Assembly (NCBI GenBank): GCA_965224025.1
Contig: OZ245033.1
Coordinates: forward strand, 1,856,001-1,920,000
Direction of reading: 5' to 3'
Source: Candidatus Multivorans sp.
GTDB taxonomy: Bacteria > Acidobacteriota > Thermoanaerobaculia > Multivoradales > Multivoraceae
DNA length: 64,000 nucleotides
Part shown: positions 39,648 to 48,450 of the stretch, one piece after another
Position numbering within the stretch: the first letter of the stretch is position 1
How the letters are laid out: each line of letters begins with the position of its first letter
Made by a program: the position numbers and the translations under genes
The notes under the pieces: model-generated
What the model was told of the DNA's origin: nothing
The model's input: only the letters and a program-made list of their open reading frames with translations
Database searches by the model: none

Positions 39648-41030
39648 ATGCTGCAATCCAGTAAAGGCAGCGCCAAGCTGCCGCCCGGTCCCGAAGGACG
39701 CCGCCTGCGCAACCTGCACGAGCGTTTGTTCGCCTGCGAGGCTCTCCTGTTGCGGCTCAACAAAGACTACGGCGACGTCGTTTCGTGGAAACTACCGGCC
39801 ATGGACTGCTGCGCCATCTTCGACGCGGATCTCATTCAGGAAGTCCTCATCGAGAAGCGGCCGCACTTCCCGAGGATGCGGCAACTGGCGACACAGTGCA
39901 CAATGATCCCCAATGCAGGGCTCGCAAGGGTGAACTACGACGTCCACGCCCGCAAATTCAAAGCGGTCAACGCCGTGTTCGCCGAGCAACGCTTGGGAGC
40001 CTACGCCGAGATCATGCTCCATCATCTACACGGATTGCAGAGCTCCTGGCGAGTCGGACGTACGATCGACGCGAAGGAGGAGATCTATCGCGTCACGGCC
40101 CGCATCATGGCAGATTCCTGCGTCGGCGGGGACCTGCAGCTCGGTCAAGGGCTGGTCAGAAAGGCACTGAAGGGAACAAAGTGGGACTACGGCTTGGACT
40201 ACCTGCCTTTGAAGTCTCTTCTGAGAAGGCTGCCGCTACCGCAGAATCTGAGCGCCCGCCGGTCGTTCGGCGCGATGCATCGAATCGTTAACGAGTCGAT
40301 GAGAAGAGGCCGCAAGCCCTCCAACGGGCGTAGCGACTGGGTGTCCTGTCTGGTCCGTGACGGATCCGCGGCGAGTCCCCCCTTCAGCGACGAAGAAGTG
40401 CGCGACGAGGCAATCGACCTGCTGGTTGGCAACCTCGATCCACTGGCCGTAGCGCTCACGTGGTGTCTCAGCTACGTCGCCAGGAACCCGTCGGTAAGCG
40501 AGCGGATCGAACAGGAAGTCGATGAGGTCCTTGGAGGCCGCGCGATGGCGGCCGAGGACTACGACAGGCTCCCATACGCCCGTGCAGTGTTCCAGGAATC
40601 GCTGCGCCTCGCGCCGCCAGCGTTCTTCATGGAAAGGGAGGCAACCGAGGACTGTGTTCTAGGTGGCCGGCACCTCGTCCCGAAGGGAACCGTCGTGCAG
40701 CTCTGCATGGGGATTGTCCACCGCAAGCGGAAGCACTTCGATCAGCCGGACCAATTCAAGCCGGAACGTTGGCTGCACGATCCTCCCCCCGGTTGTCCCG
40801 CACACGTCTACATGCCCTTCAGCTACCAACCCCGCCGCTGTGCCGCCTGGGAGTTCTGCACGATGACAGGAACCTACCTCGTAGCCAGCGTCGCGCAGCG
40901 GCTGCGCCTCGAAGCCGCGACGGACAGACCCGTCGAATCGGACTTCAAGCTCCTCTTCGCCCCGAAGGGCCCCGTACCGGTTCTGGTCACGGAACGCGAG
41001 TCCCGGACCGATCGGGTACCGATCTGGTAA
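39648..41030 (+). CDS. Cytochrome P450 with non-canonical I-helix and heme loop
   Basis: LPPGP, ESLR (ExxR), FKPERW, PFSYQPRRC heme Cys; the I-helix reads LLVGNLDP. Confidence 0.9.
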   Translation: MLQSSKGSAKLPPGPEGRRLRNLHERLFACEALLLRLNKDYGDVVSWKLPAMDCCAIFDADLIQEVLIEKRPHFPRMRQLATQCTMIPNAGLARVNYDVHARKFKAVNAVFAEQRLGAYAEIMLHHLHGLQSSWRVGRTIDAKEEIYRVTARIMADSCVGGDLQLGQGLVRKALKGTKWDYGLDYLPLKSLLRRLPLPQNLSARRSFGAMHRIVNESMRRGRKPSNGRSDWVSCLVRDGSAASPPFSDEEVRDEAIDLLVGNLDPLAVALTWCLSYVARNPSVSERIEQEVDEVLGGRAMAAEDYDRLPYARAVFQESLRLAPPAFFMEREATEDCVLGGRHLVPKGTVVQLCMGIVHRKRKHFDQPDQFKPERWLHDPPPGCPAHVYMPFSYQPRRCAAWEFCTMTGTYLVASVAQRLRLEAATDRPVESDFKLLFAPKGPVPVLVTERESRTDRVPIW

Positions 41031-41084
41031 CTTGCTGATCGTGCGCTTCTCCTCGTTCACGCAAGACCACGAAGTGCGGAGACA

Positions 41085-42260
41085 ATGACGATCCCCTCGT
41101 GCTACCGCGACGGCTACGAAGCCGCCCGCAAAGTGGATCCCGAGCTGGCGGACATGTACATCCGCTACACGACGCTCGGCGATCCCGTGGCCGATGCGGT
41201 ATGCGCCGAGCTGGCAGAAACCGCGGACCCGGGCGGGGTGCACCGGATCATTGCCACCACCGTCAATCATCACGATGATCCGCCGAAAGACACGCCGGAC
41301 TCGCTGTTGAAGCTGATCGCGGACGCGAACGTCGTCCCCGAGTGGTTCGACCCTGATCTGGCCCTGAAGGGCACGCGCGCCTTCATCCGCAACTCGGACA
41401 TGGTATTGGGCGGGCTCGTGGGTGGAGCGATCATCGAGGGTTTCTCAACGCTGATCAGCAAGTCCTTCCGCATCAGGAGCCGGATCACGCTGAACGGCGT
41501 CCGGCGCCTCAAGCAGAACCTCCTGCAGTTGGTGGAACAGTTCATGCCCGGCGGACTGGAGCCGGGCGGAGACGCATGGAGACTGAACCTTCGAATCCGT
41601 CTCGTTCACGCCCAGGCCAGGATGCTGATCAAGGACTCCCCGGAGTGGGATCAGCGAACCTACGGTCTGCCGCTCAGCACGGCGCACATGCTGTTGGGGG
41701 CCGCCGCCTTCTCCGCGCGTCTCATGGACCATGTGGCGAACCTCGGCGGCGACTTCACGGACGAGGAACGGGAGGCATACATCCATGTGTGGAGGTACAC
41801 CGCGTTGATCATGGGCATCCCCGAGTCGATCCTGTTCACGGACTACGCATCGGCGATACGAACGTTCGAGATCGGCACCACCTGCGAGCCGCCGCCGGAC
41901 GACGACGCGATCATCATGGCGAACAGCATCGTCAACAGCGCACCGATCGTGCTGGGATTCACCGACACCAATGAGCGACGCGCCAAGGCAGCGTTCATGT
42001 ACCAGGTATCTCGGGACCTGATCGGCGACAAGATGGCCGACGACTTCCGGTTCCCTCCGCCGCGAAAGCTCAAGGAGGTTCCTCTGCTGCGTCTGCGAAA
42101 CCGCACGAGCAGGGTGGCCTCGCGTCTCCTACCCGGATGGGGATCGCGTCATGCGAGGAACAAGTTCAGCGACATGCTCAGCGTCTCGAACCTGGGCAGC
42201 TACGACCTCTCCTACGCCCTGCCCACTTCGGTCTATGACGAAGACTCGCGTGAATGGTAG
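41085..42260 (+). CDS. MpaB/rubber oxygenase (Lcp, DUF2236)-family heme oxygenase
   Basis: GDPVAD, VPEWFD, RIRLVHAQAR (His ligand), W..TYGLPL, HVWRY..LIMGI. Confidence 0.85.
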   Translation: MTIPSCYRDGYEAARKVDPELADMYIRYTTLGDPVADAVCAELAETADPGGVHRIIATTVNHHDDPPKDTPDSLLKLIADANVVPEWFDPDLALKGTRAFIRNSDMVLGGLVGGAIIEGFSTLISKSFRIRSRITLNGVRRLKQNLLQLVEQFMPGGLEPGGDAWRLNLRIRLVHAQARMLIKDSPEWDQRTYGLPLSTAHMLLGAAAFSARLMDHVANLGGDFTDEEREAYIHVWRYTALIMGIPESILFTDYASAIRTFEIGTTCEPPPDDDAIIMANSIVNSAPIVLGFTDTNERRAKAAFMYQVSRDLIGDKMADDFRFPPPRKLKEVPLLRLRNRTSRVASRLLPGWGSRHARNKFSDMLSVSNLGSYDLSYALPTSVYDEDSREW

Positions 42261-42360
42261 CCAGTGCGGCCGCGCGGCCGATCCGTCCAGGCGGCGTGGG
42301 TTTGGCCTCTCGTTCGCCGACCGGCGTTGAGGAGATCCTGGAGGTCCACGGTTCGGCAGT

Positions 42361-42975
42361 TCAGGTCGAATCGGCCGCCAGCGCCTTCTGGTACGCCGGC
42401 CTCGCCAGGCAGCGGTCCGCATAGGCCTCGAGGATCGGCGACTCCGGCAGCATTCCGAACATGCGCAGGAACACGGCACTGCTGCCGAGCATCACGTCGG
42501 CCGCGGAGAAGCGGTCGCCGAGGATCCACGGACCGTCCCCCAAGCCCTCTTCCCAGGCCTTGATCGTCTGGGCGAAGCTGCCCCAGCCGAGACGGCCCGG
42601 ATGGAACGCCTCATCCTGGTGTTCTGCCGGCACCACGGTTCTGAGACCCGACTCGAACATCGCCGGTTCGATCATGCCGGGCGCGAAGATCAGCCACTGC
42701 ACGAAGCGGGCCCGCATCGAATCGTCCAACTTCGGCGCCAGGCGTCCCGAGGCGTAGCGATCCGCCACGTACAGGCAGATCGACGCTGAGTCCCACATTT
42801 TCACGTCGCCGTCCTCAAGCGCGGGCACCTTGCCCATCGGGCTTGCGGCGAGGTGCTCCGGGCTGCGTTCCGGCTTCGTGACGTCGACGCGCACGAGTTC
42901 GTAGTCGACGCCGACTTCCTCGAGCATCCAGACCGCGCGGCTGGAACGGGTCTGAGGGAACCAGTAGAGCTTCAT
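42361..42975 (-). CDS. Glutathione S-transferase
   Basis: TRSSRAVWMLEE, PMGKVPALED, DSASICLY, GDRFSAADV. Confidence 0.92.
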   Translation of the reverse strand: MKLYWFPQTRSSRAVWMLEEVGVDYELVRVDVTKPERSPEHLAASPMGKVPALEDGDVKMWDSASICLYVADRYASGRLAPKLDDSMRARFVQWLIFAPGMIEPAMFESGLRTVVPAEHQDEAFHPGRLGWGSFAQTIKAWEEGLGDGPWILGDRFSAADVMLGSSAVFLRMFGMLPESPILEAYADRCLARPAYQKALAADST

Positions 42976-43598
42976 TCGTAGGCCTCCGAGTCCTGATGTT
43001 CCGTGCCCGCCGGAGCGCGGCCGATCTCCTTCATGCCGGCGTAGAAACCGCGCACGTCGAGTTGGAGCACAACAGGCGTGTCGTCGTCGTTGCGCCAGAA
43101 CCAGCCGTGGTTGCCGGAGTAGCCGGCGGTCAAACCGCCCCGGCCGCCCGTGATGTCGAACTCCTCCGCGTAGCGAACCGGCTCGTCGTCGAGATCGTTG
43201 AAGGGGTCGGCATGAAAGTCCGAGTACAGGGTGCCGCCGTCCGTCTGCCAGGAGTAGACGATGGTCATCCCTTCGATCATCTGCAGCTTGTACTCCATCT
43301 GCTCCTTGGCGCCGATCTCGATCGTCACCGTCCCGGCACGCAACTCCCGGTTTCCGGCCATGTGCGCGGAGAGGCCGGCTTCCGCTTCGGCCATCGGCTC
43401 GGTGCCGGCGGCGGCGTAGAGCCGGTCGAGGCCGAGCAGGCCGCCGATGCGGGTCGGGTCGATCCCGTACTCAGCGGGCAGGATGACGACCACGAACACC
43501 ACCGCGGCGGCGGCGAGCGTGATCGCCAGCGTCTTCAGCAGCCTGCGAAGGGGCGGCGTTCCGAGATCGCCGCCTGGAGCGGAAGAGGAATCCGTCAT
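42972..43598 (-). CDS. Transmembrane-anchor protein of the type found next to HupE/UreJ genes
   Basis: VILPAEYGIDPTRIG, EYKL.M, YSW, DFH, HGWFWRN; ATGA overlaps on both sides. Confidence 0.75.
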   Translation of the reverse strand: MTDSSSAPGGDLGTPPLRRLLKTLAITLAAAAVVFVVVILPAEYGIDPTRIGGLLGLDRLYAAAGTEPMAEAEAGLSAHMAGNRELRAGTVTIEIGAKEQMEYKLQMIEGMTIVYSWQTDGGTLYSDFHADPFNDLDDEPVRYAEEFDITGGRGGLTAGYSGNHGWFWRNDDDTPVVLQLDVRGFYAGMKEIGRAPAGTEHQDSEAYE

Positions 43599-44287
43599 GA
43601 CAAGAAGTACCCCGTCAACTGGTAGGCCACGAGCAGGAAGCCGACCGTCATCAGCACCGCGTTCGCCGCGTAGCCGTGAGACTGAAAGCGGCCGCTGACC
43701 CGCCACAGGTTGAAGCTCAGCAGGATGATGGCGAGGGCGGCGAACTGCCCCAGTTCGACGCCGACGTTGAACGAGACGATGTTGCCCACGAGGCCGCTGG
43801 CCGAGATCTCCACCGGTTGCAACTTGGTCGCCAGGCCAAAGCCGTGGAACAGCCCGAACACCAGCACGGCTGCTTTGGTGTCGATCCGCACCCGAAGCGC
43901 CCGGAACCCTCCCAGGTTCTCGAACGCCTTGTAGGCGACCGACAAGCCGACCACGGCGTCGATGAGAAACGGGTTCGCGTGGATGCCGCCCAGCACGCCC
44001 ACCAGGAGGGTGATGCTGTGGCCGACCGCGAACAGGGTGACGTAGAGGGCTACGTCGCGGAACCGGTAGAGGAAGAAGATGACCCCTGCGAGAAACGCCA
44101 GGTGGTCGTACCCCGTGACCATGTGCTTGGCGCCCAGGTACATGTACGGGCCAACCGCGAGACCCTCGTTGTTGGTCAGGAAGATCTCGTCCTGGTCGGC
44201 GACGCCGTGCGCCCAGAGGCCGGAGGCGAGAAACAGGGCGGCAGCGGCCAGTAGAGCGGCCCGGGTCATGGTCCGGCGAAGGGTCAT
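43595..44287 (-). CDS. HupE/UreJ-family metal transporter
   Basis: AHGV, LGAKHMVTGYDHLAFL, GHSITL, FGLFHGFGLA, FNVGVELGQ; start uncertain. Confidence 0.88.
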   Translation of the reverse strand: MTLRRTMTRAALLAAAALFLASGLWAHGVADQDEIFLTNNEGLAVGPYMYLGAKHMVTGYDHLAFLAGVIFFLYRFRDVALYVTLFAVGHSITLLVGVLGGIHANPFLIDAVVGLSVAYKAFENLGGFRALRVRIDTKAAVLVFGLFHGFGLATKLQPVEISASGLVGNIVSFNVGVELGQFAALAIILLSFNLWRVSGRFQSHGYAANAVLMTVGFLLVAYQLTGYFLS

Positions 44288-44379
44288 GCGAGCCGCGGAT
44301 CGTACCAGTCCAGCCGCCGCCCCGGCCAAGCCCATACGATCCGTCGCGCTCACAGGTAAGCGAAGAGGACAAGCAGATG

Positions 44380-46707
44380 TCAGAGTCGCAACCGCAGCGA
44401 GGCCCGGAACGCACGCGGCTCGGCAGGGCTCAGGAAGCGCGGATTCTCGAATCCCTCGCCAAGCACATCATCCGGTTCGCCGAGCGCCCCGAAGGTCTCG
44501 TACTCACGGTCCGTGACGTTCGAAACTTCGAGGTCCAGGTCCAATGAAGGCGTGAGCTCGATCCGGCTCCACAGGTCGCCGCGCCAGGCCGACCCCAGCG
44601 GTTCCAGCAGGTTCGCCTCGTCGCCGCGCAGGTAACGGCCGGAGTCACCCAGCACGCGGGCGCCGAGCACCACCCGATCCGCGATCCGCACGTCGGCGCC
44701 GGCCCGGAACTGGCGCCTCGGCACGCCGGGTAGGAAATCGCCGGGTTCGACTTCGATCTCACCCTCCGCCGCCATCGGATGAGCCGGACTCGACAGGGCT
44801 AGGCGATCCTCGAAGGTCGCATCCAGCAGCGTGTACGAGGTATCCCAGTGCACCGAGCCGCTCCGACCGCGAATCCATAGTTCCAGCCCCTGCCGGCGGG
44901 TCGCGTCGACGTTGGTGAAGTATCCGGCGCTGGTCCCGGCGCCGCTGGACACGAAGATGATGTCGTCGCCACTGTCGCTGTGGAAGAGAGCCGCGCTCCA
45001 GCGCATGGCCGCGCTCCTGCCGCGCAGGCCGATCTCGGCGCTGGTGGTCACCACCTGGTCGAGCGGCGGATCGGCGACGAAGGCGTTGGGCAGCCGGCAG
45101 GGATCGTCCGGGTCCGCACAGGTCAGCTCCACCGGCGTCGGCACCCGGGCCGACTGCGAGACGTTGGCGAACAGCAGGACGGTCGACCCCTCCCGCGCGC
45201 TCGCCTCCCAGACGAAACCGGCCGAAGGCAGGAGACGGGAGTAGGCGTGATCGCCGTCAAGCGCCGTCCCCAGACGGTCGTCCAGTTCGACCGAGCTGTC
45301 GTTGTAGCGGGCCTGCAGAGTCCAGGTCAGCCGGTCTCCAGATGTCGTCCAGTGCCGCATCGCCCAGACGCCGTAGTGCCCTGTCTCCGCGCGCAGGCCA
45401 ACTGCGGAACCCGGGAGCAGCATGCCACTGCCGACGGTGGTCCTGGTCGGGGTCAGTTCGGCGAGTTCGGTGTCGAAGGCGAAGTCCGCCTGGCCGCCGT
45501 CCCACGACGCGCCGGCGAGCCAACGGCCCGAGGCTGTCAGGCCGGAGAGTTGGACCGAGCCGCCCCAGCCCTCCTGCTCGGTTCGGCTCCTGTTGTTCAC
45601 GGCGTTGAACTCGTCAAAGGCGAGGCCGTTCATGCGGTCGTCGCCATCCTCGTCGTCACCGTCGTCGTCATCGTCGGCCTCGAAGGCGTCCGCGTTGTAG
45701 GTGTCGACATCGTTTGCCCGCAGATAGACGGACGCCTCGAGCTCCAGGTTCGGCCCGAACTGGCGCCCGATCCGCAACCGCGGGAAGAACAGGTCGTTCC
45801 GGGTGCGGTCGGGGTGGGTGAAGACCTCGCTGCGGTCGAGTTCCAGCAGCTCCACGGGCGTCGCGCCGTTGCCGATCAGTTCGTTGTCCGCGACGCCCAC
45901 GGTCAACGAGAGATGGCCGCGCTCGCCGCGCTGCGAGAGCTTCGCCAACACCTGGCGAAGCGAACTGGGCGAGAAGTCGCGCCAGCCATCCTCCTCGTAC
46001 GAGCGCGCCGCCACGAACCAACCGAGACCGTCCTCCGAGCCGAAAACGCCGCCCGCACTCACCTCCCCCGATTGGCGGCCGAACGATCCGGCTTCGAGCG
46101 TCGCGTTCAGCCGCTCCGAATCGAAGCCGCTCCGCGTGTTCAGGGCGATCGCCCCGCCGAGAGTGTTCAGACCGAACATCGGGTTCGCGCCGGGAAGCAG
46201 CTCGATCCGCTCCGCCGCAAACATCGGCACCAGATCCCAGGCCACGATGTCGCCGAAGACCTCGTTGACGCGCACACCGTCCTCGTACAGCGACAGCCCC
46301 TGATTGGCGCCCAGGAGCGGCGACGCGCCAAAGCCGCGGTAGAGCACATCGGCCTGGAGGGAACTGCCCTGAGCCGCCGACAGGTGAACGCCCGGCAGCT
46401 CGGCTTCGAGCAGGACGCCGGCGCCACCGGCCACTCCTCGCTCCAGGGCTTCTGAAGAAACGCGATGGACCGTCCAGGGCACGCGGTCCGACGACTCGCC
46501 CAGATGATCCAGCGGAGCAAGGCCGATGACGTCGATCTCCTCCGAGAATGCCCCTCCTGCGCGCGAGTTGTCCTCCTCGCCGCGGGCATGGTCGTGTTCA
46601 CCGTCGCGCGGCTGCTCCTGCGCGGACAGATGAGCGCTCCCCGCCCAACACAGGAAGCCGGCCAAACCCAGGGGCAGAAGCCGGCGCCGGGACCAGGATT
46701 CACTCAT
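44380..46707 (-). CDS. TonB-dependent receptor
   Basis: Signal peptide, QGLSLYEDGVRVNEVFGDIVAWDLVP, GLNTLGGA, ELTCADPDDPCRLPNAFVADPPL, C-terminal LRLRL strand. Confidence 0.9.
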   Translation of the reverse strand: MSESWSRRRLLPLGLAGFLCWAGSAHLSAQEQPRDGEHDHARGEEDNSRAGGAFSEEIDVIGLAPLDHLGESSDRVPWTVHRVSSEALERGVAGGAGVLLEAELPGVHLSAAQGSSLQADVLYRGFGASPLLGANQGLSLYEDGVRVNEVFGDIVAWDLVPMFAAERIELLPGANPMFGLNTLGGAIALNTRSGFDSERLNATLEAGSFGRQSGEVSAGGVFGSEDGLGWFVAARSYEEDGWRDFSPSSLRQVLAKLSQRGERGHLSLTVGVADNELIGNGATPVELLELDRSEVFTHPDRTRNDLFFPRLRIGRQFGPNLELEASVYLRANDVDTYNADAFEADDDDDGDDEDGDDRMNGLAFDEFNAVNNRSRTEQEGWGGSVQLSGLTASGRWLAGASWDGGQADFAFDTELAELTPTRTTVGSGMLLPGSAVGLRAETGHYGVWAMRHWTTSGDRLTWTLQARYNDSSVELDDRLGTALDGDHAYSRLLPSAGFVWEASAREGSTVLLFANVSQSARVPTPVELTCADPDDPCRLPNAFVADPPLDQVVTTSAEIGLRGRSAAMRWSAALFHSDSGDDIIFVSSGAGTSAGYFTNVDATRRQGLELWIRGRSGSVHWDTSYTLLDATFEDRLALSSPAHPMAAEGEIEVEPGDFLPGVPRRQFRAGADVRIADRVVLGARVLGDSGRYLRGDEANLLEPLGSAWRGDLWSRIELTPSLDLDLEVSNVTDREYETFGALGEPDDVLGEGFENPRFLSPAEPRAFRASLRLRL

Positions 46708-46904
46708 TTCGGCGGCAATACTCCATTCCAAGGTTCGCCGTGTCCACAGATTGTCAACGCTAGCCCGGGAAGGCCGCGCAGACTCGTGGTTACACTTCAA
46801 GCCAGGCGCGCAGGGAGCCGATGGAGCGTTCAAGACGAAACCGAAGCCGCGGCGGAAACACCGCGCCGAGTCCCGCCGGCGGCACGATCCAGGTGCCCGC
46901 GGGC

Positions 46905-47178
46905 GGTGTGAACACGGCGTTCACGTGGCCCGACGGACATCGGCGCCATGCTGTTCGGCGTCGACTGCGCGCCGCGCGCCGCGGAACTCACGATGCCGGT
47001 ACTGATGATCGTCGGCTCCGAAGACCCGCTGTTCCGGCCGCGGTCGATCCGCACGATCGCCAACCTGCTGCCGGACGTCCGCGTCGTCGAAATCCCCGGC
47101 GCCGGCCACTCGCCGTACTTCTACCAACCTGAGCAGTGGAACCGGGTTGTTCTGGAGTTCCTGCGCGAGCAGGACTAG
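46905..47178 (+). pseudogene. C-terminal remnant of an alpha/beta hydrolase
   Basis: PVLMIVGSEDPLF...IPGAGHSPYFYQPEQWNRVVLEFL retains the catalytic Asp and His; no GxSxG half upstream. Confidence 0.75.
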
Positions 47179-48032
47179 CGCCAGCGGCGGTGGCCCCAGA
47201 GATACTGGTCCGGGTCCCGGCGGATCGCCTCTTCGAGGTGCGTGTTCAGCGTGACGAGGATCGCCTCCACGTCGGCCTTCCGGTTTCCCGTCCGCTCCTG
47301 CTCGATCAGCGGCGACAAGGTGAGTTCGAAGGTCATCGGCGCCGCCCGCCGGCAGGTCGCGAAACACAGCGGCGCCCGGGTCACCAGATGCAGCATCGCG
47401 GCGGTCGTGTGGGTCTTCGCCGGATGACCGAAGAACGGGACGTCGACGCCCCGGCGCGCGTGCTGATCGACGAGCAGCGCCAGGATCTCGCCGTCGCCGA
47501 GGAGCCTGATGAACCGCCCCGGATCCGGGTCGTATGTGGGGATCATCCGGAACTCGCGCCGCGGCCGCCGGCTCAGCGCTAGCTCCTGCACGCGGGGGTT
47601 GTTCATCGGCCGCGAGATGCCCGCGACCGGCTTGTAGCGGGACAGCCACTGGCCGGCGAGCTCCCAGTTGCCGAAATGACCGGAGACGATGATCAGGCCG
47701 CGATCGGGATCGTCCAGCACCGCTTGCACGTCGTCCGGTATCCGGGCTCGAACGCGGTCCGGGTCGTCGAGGACCAGCGCCGACTTCATCGACTCCACCA
47801 GCACCATCCCCATGTGGCGTGCGGAGGCGCGGCCCATGGCCCGCGCCTCCGCCGGGTCGGCGGCCACGCCGGCACGCAGAATGTTGGAGATCGCCACGCG
47901 GCGCCGCGGCCGGTCGGCGGTCCACCACAGAACGCCCAACCAACCGCCCCAGCGAGACGCGGCAGCCGGCGGCAGCAGATCGACGCCGAACAGCGCCAGC
48001 CGAGCCGCCCAGTATTCGAGAAGGTGAAGCAC
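47175..48032 (-). CDS. Lipid A late acyltransferase-like (LpxL/HtrB family)
   Basis: SGHFGNWEL (HX4E), LLVDQH, VPFFG, PDQYLWGHRRWR. Confidence 0.88.
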   Translation of the reverse strand: MLHLLEYWAARLALFGVDLLPPAAASRWGGWLGVLWWTADRPRRRVAISNILRAGVAADPAEARAMGRASARHMGMVLVESMKSALVLDDPDRVRARIPDDVQAVLDDPDRGLIIVSGHFGNWELAGQWLSRYKPVAGISRPMNNPRVQELALSRRPRREFRMIPTYDPDPGRFIRLLGDGEILALLVDQHARRGVDVPFFGHPAKTHTTAAMLHLVTRAPLCFATCRRAAPMTFELTLSPLIEQERTGNRKADVEAILVTLNTHLEEAIRRDPDQYLWGHRRWR

Positions 48033-48075
48033 CCGGGCCCCTGGAGAAACGGAGCGCCTTCGGCGGCGACCGCGG

Positions 48076-48330
48076 TCAAGCTCCGTTCTGTTGCAGCAGG
48101 GCGATGATCTCGCCGACGGTACGCGTCTTGACGACCTGCTTCGGATCGAGGGCGATCCCGAACTCCTCCTCCACGTCGTAGAGCACGTCGAGGATGGTCA
48201 GGGAATCGAAGCCCAGAGACTCGATCGTGGTTTCCGGAGCCACGGCGTCCCAGTCCCGCTCCTCGACGGCGCTGTCGCGCAGCACGTCCCGCAGCCGGTC
48301 GAGGATCTCCACCGTGCCGTCGCCGTCCAT
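48076..48330 (-). CDS. Acyl carrier protein
   Basis: LGFDSL phosphopantetheine site, EEEFGI, TVGEI. Confidence 0.9.
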   Translation of the reverse strand: MDGDGTVEILDRLRDVLRDSAVEERDWDAVAPETTIESLGFDSLTILDVLYDVEEEFGIALDPKQVVKTRTVGEIIALLQQNGA

Positions 48331-48450
48331 TGGGCGGGAAGGTTATCGCCGATCCACCGGCAGCGGTCCCACTGGGTGCACCGGCGCCCTCGCCGGCTGC
48401 CGCCGAAGGCGGCCAGGTGACGCGCCGGTCGCAAGACCGGCACCCTGTCG

